DNA of 64,000 bases from Candidatus Latescibacterota bacterium (lineage in GTDB: Bacteria > Latescibacterota > UBA2968). Positions 18,255 to 28,415 of this stretch are shown piece after piece. The notes beneath the pieces are model-generated. The model ran no database searches, was not told where the DNA came from, and saw only the letters and a list, made by a program, of their open reading frames with translations. Numbering within the stretch: position 1 is the stretch's first letter; each line of letters begins with the position of its first letter. A program made the position numbers and the translations under genes. The DNA is taken from NCBI GenBank assembly GCA_965208125.1, contig OZ242320.1:1120001-1184000 (forward strand). Reading direction: 5' to 3'.

Positions 18255-20630
18255 ATGAACAAACTTGTGAAAATATTTCTTCTAATTTTGCTCTTCTGCC
18301 AACCAACAGACGCGAAAACGGACTGGGTGAACTGGGGCGGCCCCAATAGAGACTTCAGAATCAACAATGTGGGCATCTTCTCCTCTGACCAACCCTACGC
18401 GCTGAAAATCGTCTGGAAAAAACCCCTCGGCCCTGGATACTCACCCATCTCAATTCTCGGCGACCTCGCTGTAACCATGTATTCCGATGAAACCTTTGAT
18501 TACGTAATCGGCCTGAATACAGAAGATGGATCAGAACGATGGAAATACAAAATCGGCACCGCATACCTCGGTCACTACGGCTCGCAAAGCGGTCCCCTAT
18601 CAACGCCGATATTGACAGAAGACAAAGTCATTGCATTAGGTCCCCGGGGAAAATTGTTCGCGCTCGACGCAAATACAGGAAAAGAACTCTGGAAGATAGA
18701 CCTCGTTGCCAAACATCATGCCACAGTGCCATTTTGGGGCTTTACATCATCTCCAATTTTACACGACAATCGCCTGATCGTTCAAACCGGTGGAACACAT
18801 GCAGTCTCCGCTTATGATCCCGCATCAGGAGACTTGATCTGGTCGGCATTTAGCGACTCGGTCAACTACCAATCGCCGGGCCTATACGCCTTTGACAACC
18901 GCAAACACCTCGTCTTCTTTGGCAACAAATATCTCGCGGGCCTATCTCCCGAAACCGGTGAAATCCTGTGGCAATTTGCACATCGCGGGCAAACCGGTGC
19001 GGGACATACCAGCGGGCATCCCGTCGAGATTGGTGAAGGGCGATATTTTGTGAAAAACGGCGGCATGCTAATCGGCTTGAGAGCCAATAACGAAACCTTT
19101 GCCGTGGAGGAAATCTGGCGGACGCGCCACATTCGGGGGACGTACAGCTATGCGGTCTTTAACGCAGAATTTCTATTTGGTTATAACGGTCGCATCCTCA
19201 CCTGCATCGATGCAAACACCGGAGAACGCTTATGGCGATCGCGCGAACCGGGAGATGGCTTCCCCATCATCGTGGATAACCACCTCGTAATCATAACAAA
19301 AGAAGGCAACCTCGCCGTCGCACAGGCTTCGGGCGAAGGCTACCGGGAAACAGCCCGTCTGAAACTCTTCGACGACATTGTTTGGTCACATGCCAGCCTG
19401 GCCAACGGCAGGTTTTACGCGCGCAGCATGTCGGAAATTGCCTGTATCGAAGTCGTACCAGAAACACAAGTGGCAAAATCAGACACAGATGACATCGCGC
19501 CAAACTCGCATTTTGCACAATTTGTCGAAAAAGTAAAACAATCCCCAGACAAAAAAACGCAGATCGATCAATTCATGGCACAACAGAAAAACTTTCCAAT
19601 TCTCGAAGGCGAGAACCTCGTGCATTTTGTATATCGCGGCAAAGCGGAAGACGTCACCATAACCGGCGATCACGTAGGACGAAGATACGACCACCCCATG
19701 CACCGAATTGAGGGAACGGACTTCTTCTATTCCACCGCACAACTCGAACCCGACGCCCGCATCACCTATCGCTACACCCTGGACTTACAGCGATCCATCC
19801 CCGACCCGCTCAACCCGCAACAGATTCGATCCCTCTTCTTTGGCCGCGCTTCCTATTTCGGCATGCCGCGCTGGCAGACCCCCGACCATCTCAAAGCGCG
19901 ACCAGATGGCATTCACGGCAAAATTGACACCACGCGTTTTGAAAGCGCGGAAATTGGCGGACAGCGCAAAATGGAAATCTATCTCCCACCGGGTTACGAT
20001 AAAAGCAACGAACAATACCCCGTCGTATATATCCACGCCGCGCGCCGACAGTGGTCCCTGGGAAAAATGAATATCTCGCTGGACAATATCATCGGCAAGC
20101 GCGTGCGCCCTGTAATCGCGGTATTTGTCCCATCACTCTTCAGAGGCGGATACGCAGAGTACGTAGGGGAAAAACGCGAGGCGTACAATCGGATCTTTAC
20201 AGAAAAGATCGTACCCTACATCGACCGGACATATCGCACCATCAAAAGCCGCGAAGGCCGGGCAAATATCGGGACAATTTACGGTGGATTTATGGCATTT
20301 TACGCCACCTTTACACATCCCGACATATTTGGCAAAATAGGCATACAATCCCTATCCTGGGATCAGACCGCAGAAGCCAAAGATGCAGACCTGGTCTTTC
20401 AGGCAACAAAACAAATGCCCATAGATATTTATCTGGATTGGGGAAAATACGACTTGCGAAGCCCAATGGAGGGAAATGATCTGGGCAAAAGCACGGCATC
20501 GTTTGCCCAGCTACTTAAAAAGAGAGGTTATACCTTTACCGGAGGCGAAGTAAACGACGGCGCGGGTTGGGCGAGTTGGAGAAACCGAACGGACAAAATA
20601 TTTGAAACGCTTTTTCCTCTCTCAGATTGA
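18255..20630 (+). CDS. Secreted PQQ-like beta-propeller fused to an Ig/CBM48-like domain and a Fes-like alpha/beta-hydrolase domain
   Basis: Signal peptide, DWVNWGGPNRD, repeated ALDANTGKELWK blades; VHFVYRG...ITGD; IYLPPGY...YPVVY and IVPYIDRTYRT esterase segments. Confidence 0.85.
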   Translation: MNKLVKIFLLILLFCQPTDAKTDWVNWGGPNRDFRINNVGIFSSDQPYALKIVWKKPLGPGYSPISILGDLAVTMYSDETFDYVIGLNTEDGSERWKYKIGTAYLGHYGSQSGPLSTPILTEDKVIALGPRGKLFALDANTGKELWKIDLVAKHHATVPFWGFTSSPILHDNRLIVQTGGTHAVSAYDPASGDLIWSAFSDSVNYQSPGLYAFDNRKHLVFFGNKYLAGLSPETGEILWQFAHRGQTGAGHTSGHPVEIGEGRYFVKNGGMLIGLRANNETFAVEEIWRTRHIRGTYSYAVFNAEFLFGYNGRILTCIDANTGERLWRSREPGDGFPIIVDNHLVIITKEGNLAVAQASGEGYRETARLKLFDDIVWSHASLANGRFYARSMSEIACIEVVPETQVAKSDTDDIAPNSHFAQFVEKVKQSPDKKTQIDQFMAQQKNFPILEGENLVHFVYRGKAEDVTITGDHVGRRYDHPMHRIEGTDFFYSTAQLEPDARITYRYTLDLQRSIPDPLNPQQIRSLFFGRASYFGMPRWQTPDHLKARPDGIHGKIDTTRFESAEIGGQRKMEIYLPPGYDKSNEQYPVVYIHAARRQWSLGKMNISLDNIIGKRVRPVIAVFVPSLFRGGYAEYVGEKREAYNRIFTEKIVPYIDRTYRTIKSREGRANIGTIYGGFMAFYATFTHPDIFGKIGIQSLSWDQTAEAKDADLVFQATKQMPIDIYLDWGKYDLRSPMEGNDLGKSTASFAQLLKKRGYTFTGGEVNDGAGWASWRNRTDKIFETLFPLSD

Positions 20631-20631
20631 T

Positions 20632-21357
20632 TCAGTTTCCCTGCTTCCCGCTTCTTTCTCTCTCAGGTGATCTCGGCGGAGGACCACCGCGGTCATCCGC
20701 AGCGCGACTCCTGCGTCTATTGCGCCGCTTTATCTCTTCCAACTCTGCATGAATGGCTTTCTGAATTTCAACGCGAGAGGCACCATCGGCAATTAGTCTG
20801 TCAATTTTTTTTTGAAGTTCAGACATCTCGCCTTCTGTCAACCGAGAACCAGAGTAAGCGGGTCTCTGCCCCTCCCAATTAATCCCCATAACAGCCAACT
20901 CGTCGCGTATCTCTCTGTAAATCCTGTGATAGGTCGCACCATTCGCTTTTAGAGCCTCGGCCTTTTTGCGAAGCGCAGACATCTGGTCTTCTGTCAACAC
21001 CGCACTTAATCGCGTCAAAAATGTTTCTGTTAAATCTACGCCAAAACCCTCGAGTTCGGCAAAAATAGCCCTTCTAATCTCAGGGAGTTCTGCCCCTCCC
21101 TCGAGTAATTCATTGATCCTCGCCTGCAAAGCCGTCCGCTGCGCTTCCGTCAATTGCGCCGAAAGCACCCACAACAGCGCACTTCCTCGAGATCGCTGAC
21201 TTAGACGCTGGCGGAAGGTCACGCGATCATCAAGACCATCGCCATCCTCATCGACAAAAGCCGGTGGCGACTCCTCCTGCTTTTCTTGTGTATTAGCAAA
21301 CGCATCGCACCACAGCGTTGCAATTATCAAAAATATGGTAATTAAACACCGTTTCAT
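20632..21357 (-). CDS. Secreted hypothetical protein with DxDGDG motif and three LTExQ helical repeats
   Basis: Signal peptide MKRCLITIFLIIATLWCDAFA; FVDEDGDGLDD; repeats LTEAQ.., LTEDQ.., LTEGE.. Confidence 0.75.
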   Translation of the reverse strand: MKRCLITIFLIIATLWCDAFANTQEKQEESPPAFVDEDGDGLDDRVTFRQRLSQRSRGSALLWVLSAQLTEAQRTALQARINELLEGGAELPEIRRAIFAELEGFGVDLTETFLTRLSAVLTEDQMSALRKKAEALKANGATYHRIYREIRDELAVMGINWEGQRPAYSGSRLTEGEMSELQKKIDRLIADGASRVEIQKAIHAELEEIKRRNRRRSRAADDRGGPPPRSPERERSGKQGN

Positions 21358-21397
21358 ATCTGCCATTTCCTGTAAATGCCAATTAAGGTCGCATCGC

Positions 21398-21472
21398 AGG
21401 ACAACCACAGGGGGTTGTCCCTACGTATAATAATCCTGTGTTATTGTAGGGGCGGTGTCCCTGTGCCCGCCC
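21398..21472. repeat. REP doublet (family A variants, BIME-like)
   Basis: AGGACAACCACAGGGGGTTGTCCCTAC, then a 21-nt spacer, then GTAGGGGCGGTGTCCCTGTGCCCGCCC. Confidence 0.8.
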
Positions 21473-21474
21473 TT

Positions 21475-22854
21475 CTATTTCGACAAATCCATTGCCCGTC
21501 TTGTTCCGATCTTTATTTTTTCTCCAAGCGGAAAAATCAATATAAACCTCGCCCCACCCTCTGTCCTGTTCTCTACCTGCACCTGTCCGTCATTTTGCGT
21601 CACTATGCGCTTCACAATCGCCAACCCCAGACCCGCACTATTGGAATTTTCATCTATCCGATAAAAAGGCTCAAAGATTTTTTCTCTCAAATGTTCGGGA
21701 ATACCGCAGCCATCGTCTTCCACACTGATATGAGCCATTTCATCCACTTTTTTTCCCGTAATCCAGATATGGTGCCTGGCATGCCGCACTGCATTGGTAA
21801 CCAGATTGGTAAGCGCGCGTTTGAAATGCGTCTCATTAGCCCAGACCGTCAGGTGTTCACTGTCGATATCCACAGAAATATCCTGGCGCAATTCTGTTAC
21901 CATTTCGGGTAGTTCTCGCATTTGTGCATAAACATCAATTTCCGTGCGATGTGAAATGTCCCGGTCTAATCGCGCAAAATCCATCAACTCCTCAACCAGA
22001 TCATTCAATTCATACACCGAGCGTTCAATGCGCCGAATATCCGTATGATGATCCTCCACCACATTGTTATTCTTCAATTTATTGAGAAGAAAAAAAATAC
22101 GTGCCAGAGGCGTTCTCAGTTCGTGTGACACCGCTCTTAAAAGCTCTCGCTGCCCATCTACTACCCCCTCAATACGATCGGCCATACCATTGAAACTGCG
22201 CGCCAAATCCGCCACGGCATAGCCCTTCCCAACCGGAGACCGGCTGCTCAAATCACCCCTCCCAAATCGCTCGGCGGCATCCGACAATGCGTAAATTCGA
22301 CGTTCAAAAGGGTGAATTAAAAAATAAATCGCCACACCTATACCAAACAAAATCGCGACTAAAATGCCAAAAAAGAAAACATCAATTTGAAAAAAGAAAT
22401 TGCCGCCATCTCCCTCACCATCTCCTTCTTCAATCAAATTATCCTGCCATCGAATCATCTCCTCCAGCAGGTATGGTCCCAACACAATAACATCGCCATT
22501 GGGTGCCATCTGGTATGTCTGCAATCTTTCCTCTATGGAAATAGTCACAACCTCTCCAGCTTTCAAACCGTCTTTCTCAGCCGAAGAAAGCGGCAAAACA
22601 AATAACGGCTCCAGCGTAATGGGCATGCGGTGCGTCAGACTGAACATATTGAGCACCAGCAACTGCGCCACCGGATCCGTATCTACAGCCCCGAGTTCCT
22701 GGCGAACCATTGCGATAAGCGCCTGGGTCTTGTCCTCAAAATCAGCCTGCCGAACAGAGGCAACCCACTGCTTTGACATTGCAAAAAAACCAAACGCACT
22801 CAAAAGCAAAACAATGGCAATTCCCGCATAAATACGGATAAATTGTTTCCTCAT
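21475..22854 (-). CDS. Sensor histidine kinase (HAMP-HisKA-HATPase; RstB/CpxA-like)
   Basis: Two TM segments, HAMP domain, VSHELRTPL H-box, NAVRHA N-box, EDDGCGI and GLGLAIV. Confidence 0.95.
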   Translation of the reverse strand: MRKQFIRIYAGIAIVLLLSAFGFFAMSKQWVASVRQADFEDKTQALIAMVRQELGAVDTDPVAQLLVLNMFSLTHRMPITLEPLFVLPLSSAEKDGLKAGEVVTISIEERLQTYQMAPNGDVIVLGPYLLEEMIRWQDNLIEEGDGEGDGGNFFFQIDVFFFGILVAILFGIGVAIYFLIHPFERRIYALSDAAERFGRGDLSSRSPVGKGYAVADLARSFNGMADRIEGVVDGQRELLRAVSHELRTPLARIFFLLNKLKNNNVVEDHHTDIRRIERSVYELNDLVEELMDFARLDRDISHRTEIDVYAQMRELPEMVTELRQDISVDIDSEHLTVWANETHFKRALTNLVTNAVRHARHHIWITGKKVDEMAHISVEDDGCGIPEHLREKIFEPFYRIDENSNSAGLGLAIVKRIVTQNDGQVQVENRTEGGARFILIFPLGEKIKIGTRRAMDLSK

Positions 22855-22866
22855 TGGTCACTCGCC

Positions 22867-23574
22867 TCACACTTCACCCTGCGCTGGCACTGACAGAAGA
22901 TAACCCACACCGCGCACGGTCTTGATCGAAACAGGCGTTGAATGATCTCCGCCGAGTTTTTGGCGGAGGCGCGAAATATACACATCTACGCTGCGATCCA
23001 ATCCATCGTAATCGTAATTAAACAACGCCTGATAAATATCTTGCCGACTCACCACTTCACCGGCTCGATTGGCCAGATAATAGAGCAAATCAAATTCATA
23101 AGTCGTAAGATCAACAACGCGTTCACCCAGCCCGACCTCCCGACGATTTGCATCCACCATTAGCTCTCCTACCCTCACCCGATCTGAAGGCATAGGTTTC
23201 CGCGAACCAACAGCCCTGCGCAGCAATGCGCGCACCCTCGCCACAAGCAATTGGGGCCGCACGGGTTTGGTCACATAATCATCTCCACCCATCTCCAGAC
23301 CCAAAATTTCATCTAATTCTTCATCTCGAGCCGTCAAAAATAAAATCGGCCCATCGTATTCTGGACGCACATCCCGGCAAACCGTATATCCGTTCATACC
23401 CGGCAGCATAATATCCAAAATAACCAGATCGGGCGGAGTAGCCAATATGCGATCTCGAGCGGCCTTGCCCTCGGCCTCGTACCAGACCACAAATCCTTCA
23501 TTCTCCAAAAAATCTCGCGTCAACTCCGCCAATTCCCTATCGTCTTCAACCAGCAAAATTGTCTGATCGGCCAT
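22867..23574 (-). CDS. OmpR-family response regulator
   Basis: ILLVEDD, ILDIMLPG, FLTAR, DDYVTKP, DRSVDVYISRLRQKL and TVRGVGY; start at MADQT. Confidence 0.95.
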   Translation of the reverse strand: MADQTILLVEDDRELAELTRDFLENEGFVVWYEAEGKAARDRILATPPDLVILDIMLPGMNGYTVCRDVRPEYDGPILFLTARDEELDEILGLEMGGDDYVTKPVRPQLLVARVRALLRRAVGSRKPMPSDRVRVGELMVDANRREVGLGERVVDLTTYEFDLLYYLANRAGEVVSRQDIYQALFNYDYDGLDRSVDVYISRLRQKLGGDHSTPVSIKTVRGVGYLLSVPAQGEV

Positions 23575-23609
23575 GGAATTTATCTCTGATTTTGGATTTG
23601 CCTGCTCAC

Positions 23610-24484
23610 TTACACCAGACGCTTCACGGTTTCTACAATCTGTGCGCGTTGTGCATCGCTCACCGGTCTTCCAGGCGGTCTGGGATCGCCACAATCAACT
23701 CCCAATCGCGCACTCAACGCCACCTTGATCACCGAATGAAAGCCACCGCCTGCGCTCAGCATCTCATAAGCACGCGACGCTTTATCCTGTGCTACTTCTG
23801 CCGCCTTCAAATCCCCTGCCCGATACGCATTCCAGATCGCCACCCACAATTCGGGAAACACATTCAGCGGCCCATCTACACACCCACACGCGCCAATAGT
23901 CATCGCTGGCAACATCAGCCGGTGATTGCCAATAAAACACGACAACCCCATCCCGGCAAACGTCCGCACATTTGCAAACGTCGATGCCGAGTGCTTCAAC
24001 CCCTTCAGTTGCGGCACGCGATCCTGGATTTTTTTCATCATCCCAGGCGTAATTTCCACGCCTGTTGCCCCCGGCAAATTGTACACAAATAACGGCAAAT
24101 CAGCAGCACCTGCCACAACCCGATAATGCTCGGCAATATCATCGTCATCGCGCCGATAAAAAAACGGCGGCACACAACACAGCGCATCTGCCCCCACACG
24201 GGCAGCGTGCTCTGCCAACCGCGCTGCGCGATCCGTCGTTGGCGCACCCACATGCATAATAACTTTTGCACGCCCATTCGATTGATCCACAATCGCCGAT
24301 GCAACCTGCATATTTTCATCATCGTCCAACAACACACTCTCCCAGTGCCTCCCGCGACCCAAAAACCGTGTACACCAGCTTCGATATTAAACTCTACAAT
24401 TCTGCGAAACACCTCTTCGTTAAACCGTCCGTCTTGCTCCATAGGCGTTGCAATAGCGGGAACTACGCCTTCAAAATTGCCCAT
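23610..24484 (-). pseudogene. Dihydrodipicolinate synthase/N-acetylneuraminate lyase family protein, frameshifted
   Basis: N-part GVVPAIATP...VAGGTG and C-part ESVLL...VPPFFY...VYNLP...GLKHS lie in different frames; one G is missing from the GGG run at 24341-24343. Confidence 0.85.
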
Positions 24485-24498
24485 TTAAATCTCCTGTG

Positions 24499-25260
24499 TT
24501 ATTGCCCTAACGTACGGATATCCAACCGCGTAACACTCACATGACCTTCGCGCAAAACCATACCATCTGTGCCTGCGCGCTCTTCTACCTCTGGCTGATC
24601 GATATTGTGATAATATCCCTCTTCCGACGCCACAAAACACGAAGTGTAAAACGTATGCCCGAGCACCGTTTGTATAACGCGCCAGTCGTCTGATAGTTCA
24701 GCCGGCATATTCACATTCCACGTCACGGGATCAGACAGAAAATCTGCCTGACCGTTCAAAAATGCAAATACCTGATCCAACATCGCACGGCATCTTTCGA
24801 ACAACAATTCTCGCACATCGGGTTGCATCGCGCGATCCTCAACCCACTGCCGAAACACCTGCCTGGGTAAAACCTGTGACAATGCCACACCCGGCAACCC
24901 CGCGATATTAGCTTCCAGAGCAGCCCCAACTGTCCCCGAAGAAAGCGTGAAACTCAATCCCGAATTGCTGCCCATATTAACACCTGAAATCACCAGATCA
25001 GGCCTGCCGCCATCAAACAAATGATAAATGCCAAAATTCGCGCAATCCGCTGGCGTCCCCGAAAACGCATACGTCTCACACGCAAACCCATCCAATTTTT
25101 CTACGCGACGCATGCCAAACCGCGTCATCGCCTTGCCTTTCCAACTCTGCTCCTCGGCGGGCACCACGGCTTTCACATCTCCCATCACCTGAAAATAATC
25201 CACTGCAAACAAAAACAGAGGAGAATCCAAACTATCGTCATTCGTCAATAAAATTTTCAA
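24499..25260 (-). CDS. surE: 5'/3'-nucleotidase SurE family
   Basis: MKILLTNDD, EQS, GTPADC, DLVISGVN.G.N, SSGTVGAALE and NVNMP motifs. Confidence 0.9.
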   Translation of the reverse strand: MKILLTNDDSLDSPLFLFAVDYFQVMGDVKAVVPAEEQSWKGKAMTRFGMRRVEKLDGFACETYAFSGTPADCANFGIYHLFDGGRPDLVISGVNMGSNSGLSFTLSSGTVGAALEANIAGLPGVALSQVLPRQVFRQWVEDRAMQPDVRELLFERCRAMLDQVFAFLNGQADFLSDPVTWNVNMPAELSDDWRVIQTVLGHTFYTSCFVASEEGYYHNIDQPEVEERAGTDGMVLREGHVSVTRLDIRTLGQ

Positions 25261-25263
25261 AAA

Positions 25264-26742
25264 TCACACCCCAATCTCCTCAAAAGGAAACATCGGCTCG
25301 CGGCGAAACTCGTATTCAAAACCTCGCATATCCGCCGCTGTTGCGCCCGGTGTATCCACCCGAATCAAAGCCGTACACACCGGCTGATATGCCGCAACAG
25401 GTGCATGAACACCCTTGGCCACAACCACTTGAAACGCGGCGGGATCCAGATCGCAACTCGTCATCAACCCCAGACTCACGGGCACCGCGCGCCGAGAAGT
25501 CAAACTAATTGTAATACCCGTATCCGTCTCCACAATCGCCGTGGGACCCATATCAAAAGCTGTTCGCCCGCCGTGTCGCACCTCAGGCTCTCTGTACTTT
25601 CCCGCGTGCAAACTGCGCACCCGCACCTCTGCGTTCAGAGGCGCACCGTGTAAATCATCCGTCTTACCTCCAATATCCAGCACCACGCGATTTCCAACCC
25701 CCGCGTCTCGCGCTCGCGCCTGTGATTCGGGATCAAAAATACACACAAAGCCCGTCGTATTCCCCCGCCTGTGCAACTCGTGCAAAATCTCCGTACCATC
25801 GCCAGCAGATCCCCCGCCTACATTATCCCCCATATCGAGCAAACAAACGGGACCCTCTTGTCTCACCGCCATATCGACAGCATCGGGAACAGCAATATAC
25901 TCGCCCACAAATTCCGCGCGGTGAGCAAACAAATAATCCGCCAACCGATTCGTCAGCACCTGTGCCCGCTCCATATCACCATCTGTCACCACCACAAATG
26001 CCGACCCCATCTCCTCCACATCGGCATACGGAAAACCCAGCACAATACTATTCGACAAAACACCTGTCTCTTTCAACATCTCATCTGCTAACTCATACAT
26101 CGGCAAACACGGCGGCGCAAAAGTCGATTGACGCTCAATATTAATCCCAATAGGCGGAAAAGCCCCCGCTTGCACAGGCTCCACCTCCTCTTTCAAGGTC
26201 CGCACCATCAACGACGCAGCTTCCAGCCCGCGCTGTTTCTGATCGAGATGGGGATTCGAGCGATAGGCAATCGTCGCATCGCACGCCGCAACCATGCGCG
26301 GCGACAAATTGGCATGCGGATCAATCGTGCAAATAATCGGCTTCTCAGGCCCAACTGTCTCGCGCAAACGCGACAACCAGTGCCCATCCATATCGCGGTA
26401 CTCATCGCCCTCACCTGAATTTGCCCCGTGAGGTGCTACGAGATACCCATCCACATCACCCACAGCCTCCACCTCATCAAACATCAACCGCATCAATTCT
26501 TCACACGTCTCTCTGGTAATGCGGCCAGACGGCGTTGTACCCGCATGAAAAATCGGCAGTGCATCAATGCCTGCCGACTCCAAACCTTCTAAAAATCCAC
26601 TGACTTCGTGGTGTCCACCCGAATAGTGATCATACATCGCCCGACCCGTAAAAATCCCGTCCCGTCGAAACGAATCCATAGTCGTTGGCGTGCTGATAAA
26701 CGTATTCGACTCGTGCAACAGCGAAATAATACCCACGCGCAT
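25264..26742 (-). CDS. M81 family metallopeptidase (MlrC-like)
   Basis: HESNTF, HGA, DPHAN, YRSNPHLD, GFPYADV, DMGDNVGGG and TPG motifs. Confidence 0.93.
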   Translation of the reverse strand: MRVGIISLLHESNTFISTPTTMDSFRRDGIFTGRAMYDHYSGGHHEVSGFLEGLESAGIDALPIFHAGTTPSGRITRETCEELMRLMFDEVEAVGDVDGYLVAPHGANSGEGDEYRDMDGHWLSRLRETVGPEKPIICTIDPHANLSPRMVAACDATIAYRSNPHLDQKQRGLEAASLMVRTLKEEVEPVQAGAFPPIGINIERQSTFAPPCLPMYELADEMLKETGVLSNSIVLGFPYADVEEMGSAFVVVTDGDMERAQVLTNRLADYLFAHRAEFVGEYIAVPDAVDMAVRQEGPVCLLDMGDNVGGGSAGDGTEILHELHRRGNTTGFVCIFDPESQARARDAGVGNRVVLDIGGKTDDLHGAPLNAEVRVRSLHAGKYREPEVRHGGRTAFDMGPTAIVETDTGITISLTSRRAVPVSLGLMTSCDLDPAAFQVVVAKGVHAPVAAYQPVCTALIRVDTPGATAADMRGFEYEFRREPMFPFEEIGV

Positions 26743-26756
26743 CGGGAATATTCCTC

Positions 26757-27197
26757 TCATATTTCCACAACGAGATACGTCTCCTCCACCGTCACCTCAT
26801 ACGTCTCTGCCACATAGGGCCCCTTCACCAACCCCGCCATATCTCCCTCGCCCTCTATCTCTGCGCCCTGTGCAACTTCTACCTCATAGCTGCGCACGCG
26901 CACACTGGAAGGATCGACCCACGACTGCCCCGTCTTAATATCGTATTCCCATCCGTGCCATGGACACCGCAAAATTTCCCCCTTGCGCGTGTACTCGTAT
27001 TCTCCCGGCACTCTTGCCGTCACAAAACCCGACACCCGTCCCTTGCACAGCGCGCCCCCCTGATGCGGGCATCGATTCCTCAGGGCATAAAACTCGCCGT
27101 GAACATTAAACACCCCGATCTCCCGCCCCTCAATCGTCACCAACTTTCGCTCCCCTGGAGGGATCTCATCAACAGTTCCGATAATATGTTTCGCCAT
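26757..27197 (-). CDS. Rieske (2Fe-2S) ferredoxin
   Basis: NRCPHQG and RCPWHGWEYD motifs. Confidence 0.95.
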   Translation of the reverse strand: MAKHIIGTVDEIPPGERKLVTIEGREIGVFNVHGEFYALRNRCPHQGGALCKGRVSGFVTARVPGEYEYTRKGEILRCPWHGWEYDIKTGQSWVDPSSVRVRSYEVEVAQGAEIEGEGDMAGLVKGPYVAETYEVTVEETYLVVEI

Positions 27198-27206
27198 AAC
27201 TCGTAC

Positions 27207-28298
27207 TCACGCCAACCGATACAACGCCCGCGCATTCTCCGCCAGAATATTGCGACGCACATCCTTATCCATACCCGAAGGCAACGCCACATCCGGCGCG
27301 TCAAAATCCCAGTGGGGATAATCCGTGGCAAACATCAACTTATCATTCATATCCATATGATCCATCATCTGGAAAAAATACTCGCGTTGTGGCGGTTCTT
27401 CCATAGGCTGCGTACTGATCCAGAAATGATCGCGGACATACTCCGACGGCAATCGCTTCAAATGCGGCAACTCCACCTTCAGCTTCTCATAACAACTATC
27501 CAGCCGCCACATCAATGCGGGCATCCACGCAAATCCCCCCTCAATCAAAACCACCTTCAAATCCGGAAACGCCTCAAACACGCCTTCATACACCAGACTC
27601 GTCACCTGTGCCTGAAATGCCGTGGGCATGCCACCGTGATCCTCAATATAATGCGACGGCTTGCCCGCGCCCGTAATCGGACCCGCGCCTGTACCGCCAA
27701 AATGAATCGCAATCGGAAACCCGTTTCTCACCGCAGCCTCATACACCTTCCAGTACTTGCGACTGCCCAGAGGTTCCATTGTCCGCACGACGAGAAGCAC
27801 CTGCACAAATCCCGGATGATCGCCCATGCGGTCAATCTCTGCCGCGGCCAACTCCCCATCTTCATAAGGCGCAATAACAGACCCGCGCAACCGGGGTTCG
27901 CGCCCGAGCCACGCATCGGCTTGCCAATCGTTCACAGCCTGCCCCATCGCCGCAGCATAACGCAAATTTTGTTGCCCACCCACGCCGATCAAAGGCGTCA
28001 AAATGCCGTAATCCATATCCCACTCATCCAGCAATTGCGCGCGCAAAAAATCCAGATCGGATCCCGGCGGTCCCGAAGGCGGCCATGCATCGTGGCGCGC
28101 GGCATTTGGCACAGCGCGGGGATACGCCGACCCGATGCGTCCACGACCACCAATGGTCCGGTGATAATCGTGCCATTCCTCCGCCAGATATTGAAACCAC
28201 ATATCTCCCGATTTCATAGTGACGTGAACATCGCAATCAATCACGGCTGTTTTCTCTCGCCTTTCTATACCCACCTCGGCTATCAGTGTATCAGCCAT
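27207..28298 (-). CDS. Amidohydrolase_2-fold protein, probable amidohydrolase-related dinuclear oxygenase
   Basis: IDCDVH, IAIH, LIEGGFAW, STQPMEEP and FATDYPHWDFD motifs; AGGAGG RBS; directly upstream of the Rieske gene. Confidence 0.85.
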   Translation of the reverse strand: MADTLIAEVGIERREKTAVIDCDVHVTMKSGDMWFQYLAEEWHDYHRTIGGRGRIGSAYPRAVPNAARHDAWPPSGPPGSDLDFLRAQLLDEWDMDYGILTPLIGVGGQQNLRYAAAMGQAVNDWQADAWLGREPRLRGSVIAPYEDGELAAAEIDRMGDHPGFVQVLLVVRTMEPLGSRKYWKVYEAAVRNGFPIAIHFGGTGAGPITGAGKPSHYIEDHGGMPTAFQAQVTSLVYEGVFEAFPDLKVVLIEGGFAWMPALMWRLDSCYEKLKVELPHLKRLPSEYVRDHFWISTQPMEEPPQREYFFQMMDHMDMNDKLMFATDYPHWDFDAPDVALPSGMDKDVRRNILAENARALYRLA

Positions 28299-28415
28299 CT
28301 CGTACCTCCTTAAAATTCAGGATGCTATTCAATCACATCATCAGAAGTATAACTCAACATATCGAGGAACGCAAACCCGATATGCGCTGTATCTGCATCA
28401 TTCGAAAGAAAGGAA

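Noticed and set aside
25264-26742. Microcystin degradation (mlr) cluster
   Set aside because: The M81 family is broad and no mlrA, mlrB or mlrD is present in the window
26955-28313. 452-aa plus-strand ORF, and similar long antisense ORFs (15130-16293, 57697-58581, 61321-62316)
   Set aside because: They overlap well-supported opposite-strand genes, have no motifs and show biased composition
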